Below are positions 1-11,929 of a stretch of 64,000 bases of DNA, piece by piece. The notes beneath the pieces are model-generated. The model worked only from the letters and a program-made list of their open reading frames with translations. It ran no database searches and was not told where the DNA came from. How positions within the stretch are numbered: the first letter of the stretch is position 1; each line of letters begins with the position of its first letter. The translations under genes and the position numbers were made by a program. Source of the stretch: Anolis carolinensis (lineage: Eukaryota); contig NC_085845.1 of assembly GCF_035594765.1 (NCBI RefSeq), positions 123,210,897-123,274,896 of the forward strand. Direction: 5' to 3'.

Positions 1-1644
1 GTTCAAACTGTATTTCAGAAACGTCAACATTCCCAGGAACAAACTGCTGTTTAAACTGCTGTTCCACAAATCCCCTTTCATCCTCATCAGACTGAACTAC
101 AACAGTGGTATTGTTGCTTAACCAAACAGCCAGTCTTTGCCCTACAGCAACATGCATATATCTTCTCCATTTAAAGTTATTCCTATATGTATACAGGAAC
201 AATTGGAGTTGAGTGTGATCTGTAGACCGTCCATGTTATGCAGACATATAACAGGGTTGGGATGACAATAGTTTTATAAGCAAGCACCTACAGATGCCCC
301 AAACCTCAAACACTGTCTGCTTCATTCAGAAGAATGCTGCACTCGCAGAGCTCAGGCGGTGTTGTATTTCAGTGTCAGTGTTGAGCTGTGGCTGCCAAGG
401 TAACGGAAATGGTCAATGTTTTCTAATGTTACACCATTAGGCTATATTTTTGGCATTGCAGAGGGATTGGCTGGTGCCTGCTGGAAGAGGGGGGAAATAC
501 TAAAAGATAGGTCAAGTCACTCTGTGCTATTTCTTCCTCCATTTCTGGATGTTCAGTCTGGATGTACAGGAATACAAATTTCATATACTGCTTCCTCTAC
601 TGCTAGCCCATGATAGTTTGCTGCTTCAAATCAGGGTCGAACAAATCTCACTCCTTATTAGGATGAAAACTATCCAGTAAAGTTGTAGTGTTCTTCTCCT
701 CCCAGATCCCAAAATGTTGCTAGATAATGCAGATTACTTGTTCCCACTTAAAGGTAAGGTCAGGCTGTTCATTTGAGGAGTCATGTCACAGGCCCATGGA
801 ATCAGGAAATTTCTCCCAGTGCGGAATCTGGAGGTAATGTTTTATTACCTATAACTACAGGACTCAAATAATCACATGTGGAGACTGGAGTCTGAATCCT
901 TTTTGTAGCCCCCAAGAGAATAAACCCATTAAGTCCATTTGTGAGTCGACCCTAAATTCCATTGAGTGTACATAGGTTGTCAACAATATTGAGACCAATG
1001 ATTGCAATGAAAATGACTAAAACAATTCTTGTTGAATGAGACAACACTGTCATTCATATTTATTCATTGACTGTTCACTGCATTGTGCTTAAATCTCATT
1101 GTGATATTAATTCACACCTCAAAGTTTTAAAATCAATCCAAATGCTTCATATCTATTCCTTAAGTGCATGAGCTTTTACTGTCAAGTAATACATCAAAAA
1201 GAAAATAAATAATGAAATCACTTATAAACAACCATCTGATTCAGATTTTCACAACAGCCTTTTTATAAACACGTTAATGACTATGGCAGTGTTTTTCACT
1301 GAGTATGCACCGAGGCATAATGAATTTAGGGCTTTAAACTGAAATATATTTTTCCCTAGCCATGCACAATCATTTAAACAACCATTGATTTGTTACCTGG
1401 TGCGTTAACACTTTATGATGAGTTTCTTCTAACCTGTCTTATCTTACTTTTTGGATAATAAATAATGCACGAGAGGAAGAAGGAGGAAATAGATTCTCGC
1501 AGGAAATGTTTTACTTTATTTTTCATTGTGGTTGCTTAGTTACAGCACAAAGAAATTGCTTTTGTTTTCTAACAAACTATTGATAATATTTATAAATCTA
1601 ATGTTTAATCACATTCCTGCAGAAATATCCTTACTACAACTACA

Positions 1645-1700
<56 letters not shown>

Positions 1701-1708
1701 CAACAACT
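1645..1708. repeat. (AAT)n/(AAC)n microsatellite
   Basis: Direct reading of the tandem repeat. Confidence 0.95.
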
Positions 1709-2289
1709 ATGGCAATATAATTTGTGGCAATACATGCAATCCTTGGACTGATAGGCTTCCAGATTAGCAAGAGTAATTGGCTTGCTATTTCTAAATGGGT
1801 AAAGATTGCAGCAGATTTTAAAGCCTGATATCTAGCGGGTTTTTTTCTCAATTTTCACCTACTTATTTCCTTTAATTCCCATTCAGGAATAGAAATGACA
1901 GCATGGAGAATGTATAACAATCTATATTCTAAGATATTTTTTTCTAAAGAATACCTTTATTGTTATCCAGTTTTAAAATAAGCTTTTAGAAATCTGCAAT
2001 TTTATTTGTAGGGAAATGATGAAACAATGTGTGTATTTCATCTCAAAGTATGCATGAATCAGAACAAGCTGATAAGCCAAAGAACCGGAATAAAGAGTTA
2101 CCCTCTAATCCGGTGTAACAGCTATCATGATTAAATTATAAAATCATGTGACAAATTGTATATTTTAAAAAAATTTAAAGGGGAATTTTTAAGGGTAAGG
2201 ATCATAAATATATTCTGTCTGGAAGGTTCAATTTCATACAATGTCTTCTGGCACTGCAGCAATGTTGGTAGACCCAGATGTTTTTGAAT

Positions 2290-2979
2290 TTCTGGTTTTT
2301 TTTTGGGGGGGTGCTCTTTTTCCCAAACCCGGGGGGGGCATTTACAGGGTTCTCCCACCCTCATTTCTTGAGCTATCCTCATCAAATGTGCAATGCCCTT
2401 GCAAGTTGTGCAAAGATACTTTGAAAACTAGAAATTCCCTTGCTAAGAGAAAGAACCAGCAACAAAACCCTAACCCTTTCTCCAAACCCCTCTGTGGGAA
2501 CAGCTAGACTGGGCCCTTTCAGCCTCTCTCTCCCTCAAGAGGCTTACTTGCTCTCCGTTTGCAGACCACCACCCTCTCCGTGCAAAGCCCAGCCCAGAAT
2601 GGCTTGCCTGGACTACATAACAGGCTTTTATGGCAATCTTCCACATGGACGCAGTGGACCCTAGCCCCCACCTTTGCGTCCATCGTGGAAGCTTCTGATT
2701 GGCCGGGGAGAGGCAGCCATGTTAGGCTGTGCTAAGCTCCCATTCAAGGTAGGTTGCAGAAACAAAAAAATTAAAAAAATTAAAAAATATATATTTTAAA
2801 AAAAATTGGGGGGGGAAAATAACAAAACATTAAGAGACAATTAGAGAATGGGCCAACAATGGTTCAAATTACATTGCTGGTTGCGCTGTGAGACAATGTC
2901 TTGGAATGCGTATCAAAAAGCGAGAACAATCCAAAATAAATCCAATATACGATTCAAAATAATTTTTTGGACACGTCTA
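2290..2979. mobile_element. Partial non-autonomous hAT-like DNA transposon
   Basis: Shares the block ctcattt.ttgagctatcct.at.aaat.tg with the TSD-flanked element at 54287-55091. The right end ggacacgtcta resembles that family's TIR; no left end found. Confidence 0.45.
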
Positions 2980-3736
2980 GTAGCTATAGAACATCCTTCT
3001 CAACTTCTTTTCTACCCATCATCACATCGCCATAATGCACATACCACATAAATCACTTTTCATGATCGGAGATCCATCTTGTGGAGGATGGGTCATTATG
3101 AAAAAATCCTGCTGTTTGGGAAGGGCAAGGAGAGATATCTATTTATCTAATGCCTATATTACTGGATCTTTCTGAAAACCTTTTGAGGAGAAAACCTGCC
3201 CCACCCCCATACCTTCAGGGCACATTACCAAAACTAAGTTTACTCACTTTGCTTGGAATTTAGCCAATGAATCTCTTTCTATATAAATATACATATTAAA
3301 CTGCCAGGCCAATTTCAAACCAGATGGATTTCTTCTAGGGATATTAAACTAGTGGACTAGTGAAATGCAAGTTTGCAGTAGAAACTGAATTAATTACTCA
3401 GGATACTCTTGCAAGGGGAAAAAGAAAATGTGCATTTATTGTCTCAAAAAATTAATCTTAGGAAATGAGAAAAAAGTTGACTTAGAGCTCATCAGTATTG
3501 GGCAGGTTAGTGTGGTATAAATCTGGTCGACAACAGCTCCAGATCCATCATATATGTACTGAATTTGGGGCTGTTGTCCAGATGGCCCAAGATCATATCA
3601 GATGAATTGGAGTGTCACCTCCATGTCACCACCATTGCTACTTCTATTTGGCCACAGAGCTCCATCGAAGAGCCAGTCCTAGTTACCCACACAGTCAGCA
3701 AGAAAGAGGAGACCAATCTCCCTCCCTTCTAGCTGT

Positions 3737-4075
3737 TGTTGTGACTCAGCTGGAACCTAAGATGGACTCTGATGAGGTTTACGGGATTCAGGTTCAAAAT
3801 CAGGTTCAAAATGTTCCTGTTGTAGAAGATGAGGAACAAAGAGTGCAAGTTCATTTTCCCACAGCAATGAATGATGTTGATGATACTGAAACTAGCCAGG
3901 TGCAAATTGACTTAGAAAAGGAGGACAGTTCTCAGTCTCATAGCAAGCAGGCTGACACTAATGAGCAGGCTGACCTTGATGAAACAGAATCTTTAGATCG
4001 AGCTGACCATTTGGAATTCAGGGTTTGAAGGAGTGTGAGAATAGCAAACTTTATAAAAGTGTTGATGACTTCTTG
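3737..4075 (+). mobile_element. Truncated Gypsy-type LTR (U3 to TATA region)
   Basis: Starts TGTTGTG, followed by an acidic open frame from nt 2, an RV*RSVRIAN motif and TTTATAAAA at ~4050. Same layout as the TSD-flanked LTRs; 3' end not found. Confidence 0.55.
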
Positions 4076-5028
4076 GTTCCAACACAGTTAAGTTCTGATC
4101 TCCATCTAAAACCAATTGTTGCAGATCACTTTGCTTCAGACAAGATTATGTAAAGACTGAATTCTTTAAGCATGCCTATACCTTCATTTGAATTGAATGC
4201 AAGAAATTTTATAGCCTCCTGTCTCTTCTCCTTTTTTCTTCATAGTAGAAAGCTAAATCTCACTTCCTATGAATATTTCTTGACATGTTAGGAGACAAGG
4301 ATTCTCAGTTTGAATACTGGCAAGATTTATTTTCACCCTCCTCTGGCTGCTCCTGCTTTGCTGACTTCCTGCTTTCGGGAAACTCTTTTGACATTAATTA
4401 CTCTGCTGAGGACATCAAAACAGGGAACTGTTGCATTATAGTGAACAATAAACAAGAACATTGAATCATACTGAAAGAAGTAGGGACGCCTAGTGAGAAC
4501 ATGTTAATCAACTCCATTAAATCAGATACAAGTCAAATCCATATGGAAAAGGAGATGTCTACAGACACAGAGATTAGAACCTAAAGTCTGTATTTAATAT
4601 TAAATTAATTTAAATATTAAAAACATAATATAAGAATTTAAAAGGTAAAAAGTATATTTTAAAGTAAAGATGGGAGGGAGGCACACTGTCTCAGCTAGCT
4701 TTCATTAAGTTTTATTTTCTCTGATAAGATTACAGAAAGGATCACAGAACATGGCACAATTTGAGATTCAAATGGCCAACAATATATATTATATTATTCA
4801 GCTTCCTGTCTTGCATTATTCACACGAAGGAAAGTATATGGGTCTCTGTACTTGTGAAAAGAAGTTCTCATGACATTTAGATTACAAAATTCCCCAAGCA
4901 GTGGGGAAAGAGAAAGAAAACAAAACAGTTTTGTCATTCAGAGAGTGATTTGTCATTGTCCCTGAAAATTAAAAATACATTATGCTCAACATTGTTCCAC
5001 AGTTGTATATTGCAAAAAAAATTGCTTG

Positions 5029-5029
5029 C

Positions 5030-5090
<61 letters not shown>
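5029..5090. repeat. (AAT)n microsatellite
   Basis: Direct reading. Confidence 0.95.
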
Positions 5091-5091
<1 letters not shown>

Positions 5092-5545
5092 AACCATCGT
5101 CTGTGGATTTTCTCCTTTCCTCCTACCTACAAGTTCTCATTTTCTGACTACAGTACCTCCAAAGAGGCATGAGGGCTAAATTTTTGCCAAGGAGTCTCTT
5201 TCGCCCCTCTGACTTTCCCCAGAGCTCTACAGAAGAAAGGAAATCTCACAAGCACATCAAGCAGTCAGGATACAAGTTTAAAAAAGCGTATACATAAATT
5301 TGAAAGTCTTTATTTTAAATAGGTAGTTATTTCACTTTTAAAAACAATGTACATGAAGGCAACCTTCCCCCAGGCATAGTACTAGAAGTTAGTAACCATT
5401 GTTCGGTCACATTCAGCCACGTTTGAAAAAAAAATTATAAAAAAAGAACTCTTAACATGACTCATCTATACATAGTTCCTTTTTTTTACTCTCCTAAAAG
5501 CTGACAGTATAATTTTCTGGTGTCATAGAGGGAAGTTAGAGCTCG

Positions 5546-5620
5546 TAGAGTTGGAAGAGACCTCATGGGCCATCCAGTCCAACCCCCTGCCAAGAAGCAG
5601 GATCCATGTCATTCAAGAGT
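5546..5620 (-). mobile_element. CR1 LINE 3' tail fragment
   Basis: Near-identical to the CR1 3' end at ~50841-50895 (agagttg.aagagacctcatgggccatccagtccaacccc). Confidence 0.8.
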
Positions 5621-5959
5621 TCTCAGTTGATTTGCCATCACATTGTAGAGATTTGTTCCTGCCCACTGTCCCTCCCCTGTTTTCTTTGTGAAAAGAAACA
5701 CCTCCTCTCCTGGACTATGATTTTTGTCCTGGGTTATAAATGTAATTTTTAATTGGTTCTACCATAAACACATGGAAAATGTTTATTAAACTGCAAAAGT
5801 TTTGTCATTGCAGGATGGACAGTTAATTGCTCTAGTTTCTAAATGATCCTCTCCGCCCCCCCCCCCCCCCCTTCTCTGTGTTGGAAGAAGGAAGGAGGGA
5901 AAGAAGGAGAGCGGGGAGTAACACATTGCACACACAATGCACAGAAAGAAGGAAGGCCC

Positions 5960-5960
<1 letters not shown>

Positions 5961-6005
<45 letters not shown>

Positions 6006-6089
6006 CCTAGATACTTGGGAAGTGTTCTACTTGTGATTTTGTGATATGAAATCCAGCATATCTATCTTGTTTGCTGTGTCATACAATAA

Positions 6090-6142
<53 letters not shown>
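5961..6142 (+). mobile_element. (TAA)n target, Dong/R4 3'-UTR-only insertion, then a (TAA)n tail
   Basis: 6007-6090 matches the Dong 3' UTR at 7320-7400 and lies between two (AAT)n tracts. Confidence 0.8.
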
Positions 6143-6144
<2 letters not shown>

Positions 6145-7434
6145 GTGCGGTTTTCTGGCATTGTATATTTTTGCCGCTTCTGTGACTGTTCATTTGGGTT
6201 TTGATGATTCCGTAGCCCACTTGTCGATGGATGTCCAGAATCAGCAGCATCCACCGCGGTCCTTTTTATCCTGGGCGACGACCGAGCCAGTATAGACTTC
6301 GTTTGGGTTTGATTCTCCATAATGCTAATGGGTTAGGTGCTCTTGGTTGTGCTCCTCAGCTGAGGCCTCTCTGGCTTGGTTGGACCTGCCGGTAGTTACA
6401 CTACCGCCAGCACAGCCCTCAGTCATCATTGGAGCAGCTAAGCCCCCCCACCACGTCAAGACACAAAAACACAGCAGACAAAAAACACAAAAAGACACCT
6501 CAAAACACAGCAGACAAAAAACCAGTACAAGAAAACCGCACTACAAACTAGAGCTGACAGCTGGCACAACAAAACACTGCATGGAAAGTTCCTTGACAAA
6601 ATTGAAGGAAAAGCTGATAAGGAGAAGACCTGGCTCTGGCTCACGAATGGGACCCTGAAGAAGGAGACAGAAGGCCTGATCCTTGCAGCCCAGGAGCAAG
6701 CCATCAGAACAAATGCAATTAAGGCCAAGATTGAAAAATCAGCTGATGACCCAAAATGCAGACTGTGCAAGGAAACCGACGAAACCATTGATCATATCCT
6801 CAGCTGCTGTAAGAAAATCGCACAGACAGACTACAAACAGAGGCACAACTATGTGGCCCAAATGATTCATTGGAACTTATGCCTCAAGTACCACCTCCCA
6901 GCAGCAAAGAACTGGTGGGATCACAAACCTGCAAAAGTATTGGAAAATGAGCACGCAAAGATATTGTGGGACTTCCGAATCCAGACTGACAAAGTTCTGG
7001 AACACAACACACCAGACATCACAGTTGTGGAAAAGAACAAGGTTTGGATCATTGATGTTGCCATCCCAGGTGACAGTTGCATAGATGAAAAACAACAGGA
7101 AAAACTCAGCCGCTATCAGGACCTCAAGATTGAACTTCAAAGACTCTGGCATAAACCAGTACAGGTGGTCCCGGTGGTGATGGGCACACTGGGTGCTGTG
7201 CCAAAAGATCTCAGCCGGCATTTGGAAACAATAGACATTGACAAAATCACCATCTGCCAACTGCAAAAGGCCACCCTACTGGGATCTGCACACATCATCA
7301 GAAAATACATCACACAGTCCTAGACACTTGGGAAGTGTTCGACTTGTGGTTTTGCAAAACGAAATCCAGCATATCTATCTTGTTTGCTGTGCCATACAAC
7401 GTCGTTGTGTTGATAATAATAATAATAATAATAA

Positions 7435-7436
<2 letters not shown>
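6143..7436 (+). mobile_element. Dong/R4-clade non-LTR retrotransposon, internally deleted, with an inverted 5' segment (6143-6460)
   Basis: Plus strand has a CCHC zinc knuckle and a PD..D restriction-like endonuclease, a 3' UTR and a (TAA)n tail. Minus strand 6320-6143 encodes MENQ...KRQKYTMPENRTI, an R4-like N-terminus. Confidence 0.85.
6499..7323 (+). pseudogene. Dong/R4 ORF C-terminal part (zinc knuckle plus REL endonuclease), open frame but 5'-truncated
   Basis: ...PKCRLCKETDETIDHILSCC...RHNYVAQ...PDITVV...IIDVAIP...EKLSRY..., in frame with ORF 6853..7323. Confidence 0.85.
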
Positions 7437-7465
<29 letters not shown>

Positions 7466-7920
7466 AAGAAGAAGAACTGGTGGGATCATAAGCCGGAAAA
7501 AGTTACAGAGAATGAACATGTCAAGCTACTCTGGGACTTCCAAATTCAGACAGAGTTTTGGAGCACAATACTCCTGACCTCATGACTGTGTTAAAAGCAA
7601 AGTATGGATTGTCAATGTTGCAATTCCAGGTGACAGCAGGATTGAGGAGAAACAACTGGAAAAGCTGACACGATATGAGGATTTAAAGATCGAATTACAA
7701 AGACTCTGGCACAAGCCAGTCAAGGTGGTCCCAGTGTGATCGGCACACTGGGTGCAGTGCCTAAAGACCCTGGCCTGCACTTAAACACAATAGGTGCTGA
7801 CAAAATTACCACCTGCCAGCTGCAGAAGGACACTTTACTGGGATCTGCATGCATTAATCGCCAATACATCACACAGTCCTAGACACTTGGGAAGTGTTAG
7901 ATGTATGATCCAATACAACA
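7437..7920 (+). mobile_element. (AAG)n followed by a third, diverged Dong/R4 3' fragment
   Basis: 7476-7900 is homologous to 6910-7345 (NWWDHKP...) with frameshifts. Confidence 0.85.
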
Positions 7921-9129
7921 CCCATTTCTCTCCCCTTCCTTCTTCAGTCACCTCATTGTTCTGGCCAGCATCACGCCAGATGACAATTGCCTGGCAGGAC
8001 CCATATTGTGCCCAGAGACTGCTGCACCAAGGAGAATGGGAGAGAACAGTAAGTGTCAGCTCATGTCCCCAGGCTGCCTGACTCCAGGAAACATGGGACA
8101 ACTATGTAAACAGTTACAGACGAGTCTGTCTCAGAGGTGGCCAGACTGTTTACATAGGGCCAAAACTGTGGTTTGCTCTGGATTCTGGGGAGAATTCAGA
8201 GCAACTAGAAATTTTGGTTAACACGGTTCAAGGCAACATTGAGCAGGTTTAGCCTGTATTGTCTTTGGTTAATTCAGTGCATTACCTGTTAATGGGAGAG
8301 AACCTTAGGACTTGTCTGCACTAGCTCAGAACACCAAAGTGGACCAGAAGTCTCTCCTAAATGTCCAAACAATGTCCAGGAATTTCCAATCTAAAATGCA
8401 AGGTAAAATGCCATCTTACCCCATCTTACACACAATCAAGGGATGCTTCTGACTTTTAGTGAGACTGGAGCAGTGGATGAGCATCTCCGCCCCCTGGTTG
8501 TAGGATTTTTTCTCTCACTTAAATCAGGCTGATATTTGAGATAGTAGAATGATATTAGAAACACACATCAATATGTATTTATGATTGTAGAATACTGCTC
8601 TCTATCTCCTCTTCTTGCTTTTTCTTTTCCTGGTATATATAGTTTAATTCTTTGACCCCCATTTACGAGGGAAAAGTCAACTAAATAAGGTGAACAATTT
8701 CAAATAACTATCTACAAAATCTTTTTAGCTTGATATAAAATTTCTCCCCGTGTTATGGTGCTATATTTAAGAGCCAAGAACTGCTTTCACAGCCCACATG
8801 GAAAGAAGGTCAATCTATATTTTGTTAGGTCCTAAAAGTCCTCACTGAAACCATGTCCTCTGTGCCCTTCCTGTACAGAAAATTGATTAAGATCCCTCTT
8901 GAACTGATTTATATTCTTTTGCTTTTATTATTGCCATAGTACAGTGCGTTATTCATTTCAACTATTCCGAGTAAGGGTGTTCAGCTTTCATCGCCTATAG
9001 GACTAATGCTATACTTAAAATCAGTGCACATTTCTATGTTTCAAATGAATTACAATTTAGGATAGGATCTTAAGATAACTCTCTGCTTTTTATTATTTGG
9101 ACAGACCTTTCCTATGATAAAAGGTTGGT

Positions 9130-10050
9130 TTTTTAAGTTTTTATAAGTTTTATTGAATAACAGTGAAGGAAAAAAGCTAATAAAACAAGAAAATGGAAAA
9201 AAAAGGAAATGTGTCTTAGGAAGTATATTTCATATGCATGGGTACATAGCAGCCATCTTCAATATTTTGAAATTATTTCTACAATCACAATAAAAGGATC
9301 ATTTAACACTTTATTATCATAGTGATAAAAATAATTTATTCCAGTAGAGGAAATGACTTATTATAATTGTATTATGCTGTACATAAAAATCAAATGTGGT
9401 AATGCTTACTAAATTATGCAGAAAGCTTCCAATTTTGGTTTTCCCAAATATAGTTACATCTGACATCTCAACCACCACTTCCTTTGGAATACTGGACTTT
9501 TCCTCAAAGTTGTCAGAGATGTTGTATTTAGGGAGAAAATGCATGTTTCAATGTATATGTCCTATTGATAATGTTTGAAAGATTTCTTAAAAGTAGTTCT
9601 TTAATATTTGGTGATGTCTGTCTATTACTTCACATACAGGGTCAGATGGTACCAGGTTACCTTGGTCATTTATCTATAAATATGTAAAACAAACATGCTG
9701 AGAATAGATGTCAATTAAAAAGTGGAACACATGTTGATTTTACCAATTAAAAAGTGGAAGACCTGTTGGGAAAATAGCCCCAAATTGTCTCTCTTCAAGA
9801 TTAGCTCCCTCCTGTAGGTTTTAAAATATTAGCTACATAGATCTTTTCCTAAACTTAGAAGTAAAATGGAGCAAAGGTGCAGAGCAGCAACCAAATCTGT
9901 TTGGAAAGTACTTTTCAGTTCACTAGGCTGTTTACTATCTTTCAGGAGTTTTGAAAATCTAGACACTGTAACAGATGAAGGGTGTAACACATTGACAGTT
10001 TGTCCAATATCTCATGATATCTTCAGAAGACTGATAAAATTATTCTAGGA
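9130..10050 (-). mobile_element. Old, degraded L1-like 3' fragment
   Basis: T-rich tail at ~9130 and weak L1 ORF2 C-terminal-like remnants; boundaries approximate. Confidence 0.35.
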
Positions 10051-10424
10051 ATGATTTCTTTTCTTGCAGCTTCTGGTTAAAGTAGAAGATATAAGCCTAT
10101 AATAAGAAACATATAATAAATACATTTACACAATACTGTTACAGCAGTTTGGTAGTGATACCACTTTAGGTAAAGGTAAAGGTAACGGTTTTCCCCTGAC
10201 ATTAAGTCTAGTTGGGTCCAACTCTGGTTGGTCTCATCTCCATTTCTAATCCGAAGAACTGGTGTTATCCGTAGACATGTCCAAGGTCATGTGGCCAGCA
10301 TGATTGCATGGAGCACTATTAGCTTCCTGCCAGAGCAGTACTAATCTATTCACATTTGTGTGTTTTTGAACTGCTAGACTGGCAGAAGCTGGGGCTAACA
10401 GTGGGATCTCACCCTACTCCCCAT

Positions 10425-10943
10425 GTTGTGGATGAGTCTCTGAGTAGTTGTAACAACAGGGAGTTGGAGAGTAGGCAGGCAGAAAGGTCTACTCCGGAAC
10501 AAGATCCTATAGAAGAGCAACAGCAGAAGAGGATTCGGAAAATACTTACTGAACCCACTGATGAGTCTTTTGAAGGGTTTGATGGGGATGATGGGTTTGA
10601 CAATGAAGCAGTTTCTATGAGAAGTGCTGGGAGTGACACTCATGAGGTTGTGGATGAGATGGAATGGACAAAAGTAGCAGAAGTAGGTGAGGAGCCTACA
10701 AGTAGTGGCACATTCAGAAGATCTGTTGGGAATGAAACTTGGAGGGAAGATAATTTGTCTGCTGTTTGGGAGGATGTAAGTAGAAGCAAGAGAAGGGCCG
10801 CTTGGCAGGCAAAGCAAAGAGCAGCTAGGGCAGCACAACTGGCAGCTGAGCATGGGGTGTTGTCTGATTCTAGTTTGGAGGAGAATGCAGGAGCAGCTGA
10901 GGGTGGGGCGCTGGGTGATTGCAACTCAGAGGAAGGTTTGTAA
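10425..10943 (+). other. 172-codon open frame in LTR U3; putative read-through C-terminal tail of Pol/integrase with an acidic FxGF motif
   Basis: Frame open from LTR nt 2 (part of ORF 10356..10943); contains TEPTDESFEGFDGDDGF and the basic stretch RSKRR. Function is inferred only. Confidence 0.4.
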
Positions 10944-11277
10944 TAAAAGGAGGGTTGGTTGCAATAGGAACCTTGTGACTGGCAAAGTGTATGCTGGGTC
11001 GTGATTCCTGTGAGCCCTGTGATTCCTAAACTTTGTGGATTCTTTGGGATTTGCTACTGTTCTTGGTTTGGACCTCGGATCACTTCTGGACATCGTGTTC
11101 GCTCTTGTGCCCTGACTTTGGATTGGACGTTTGACGTTGCTGCTGTATCCTGTTTGTTGTGGATGACCTCTGGACTGGCTTGACTACGACTTTACTTCAT
11201 CTTGGAACGTGTTCGCTGAAACGATAGTGAGTGTTTCTTCTCTGCCGGGTATTTTGGTTAGTGGGTTGGGATTTTTT

Positions 11278-11929
11278 TTAAAATTTTTATTAAGCTTTTA
11301 ATCTTGTAAAGTAGGATAAATTTACAACGAAAGAGTGAGAACATTTTGTTTGATAGAAAGTAGGAAAGTGAAAAAGAAAAAAGAGAGAGAGAATAGCGAA
11401 CAAAAAAAAGGGGGGGGGAGTTTTTTTGACTTCCTTCTTACTTGGATAGTCCTATAATCAATTTCCAGTCCATATTTCCTTGTTTTAATTCTACTTCCCC
11501 TCCGCCTTCTTCTTATCCCTAAGATTGTGTACTTTCAGCAAATGAGGTCTATCTTCATTTGTTTCAAGTAGTCTTTTACAATGTCCCAGTTTGTTTCTTT
11601 CTCAGGTAATCCATGGTTGGGCGTCAACCAGTATGTGAGTCTGTCCATGTTCATAATCTCCAACACTTTACACAACCAATCTACTTTTTTCGGTACCTCT
11701 GTTTGTCTCCAGTTTCTGGCGTAGACTATTCTGGCTGCAGTAACCAAAAAGTTAAATAAAATCTCTTTATTTTTATCTCTTTCTGTGTCTAACATTCCTA
11801 ATAAAAAGTATTCTGGTTCTCTTTGGATCTTCATTTTAAGTGTTTTCTGGATGGCTTCATGTATTTCTTTCCAATACTGTTGTGCTTTTGAGCACGTCCA
11901 CCAAGTGTGAAAGAAAGTTTCTTTCACAC
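11278..11929 (-). mobile_element. 5'-truncated L1 LINE (ORF2 C-terminus plus 3' UTR)
   Basis: ORF 11535..11927 reads TFFHTWWTC...TAARIVYARNW. ~20-bp TSD ttagtgggttgggatttttt at 11258-11277 and 11930-11949; A-rich tail. Confidence 0.9.

Noticed and set aside
6320-6460. HDV-like ribozyme at the R4 5' end
   Set aside because: I could not build the P1/P1.1/P2/P3 double pseudoknot by eye.
1526-7585. Poly-Ile/Asn/Leu/Lys ORFs
   Set aside because: Translations of (AAT)n and (AAG)n microsatellites.
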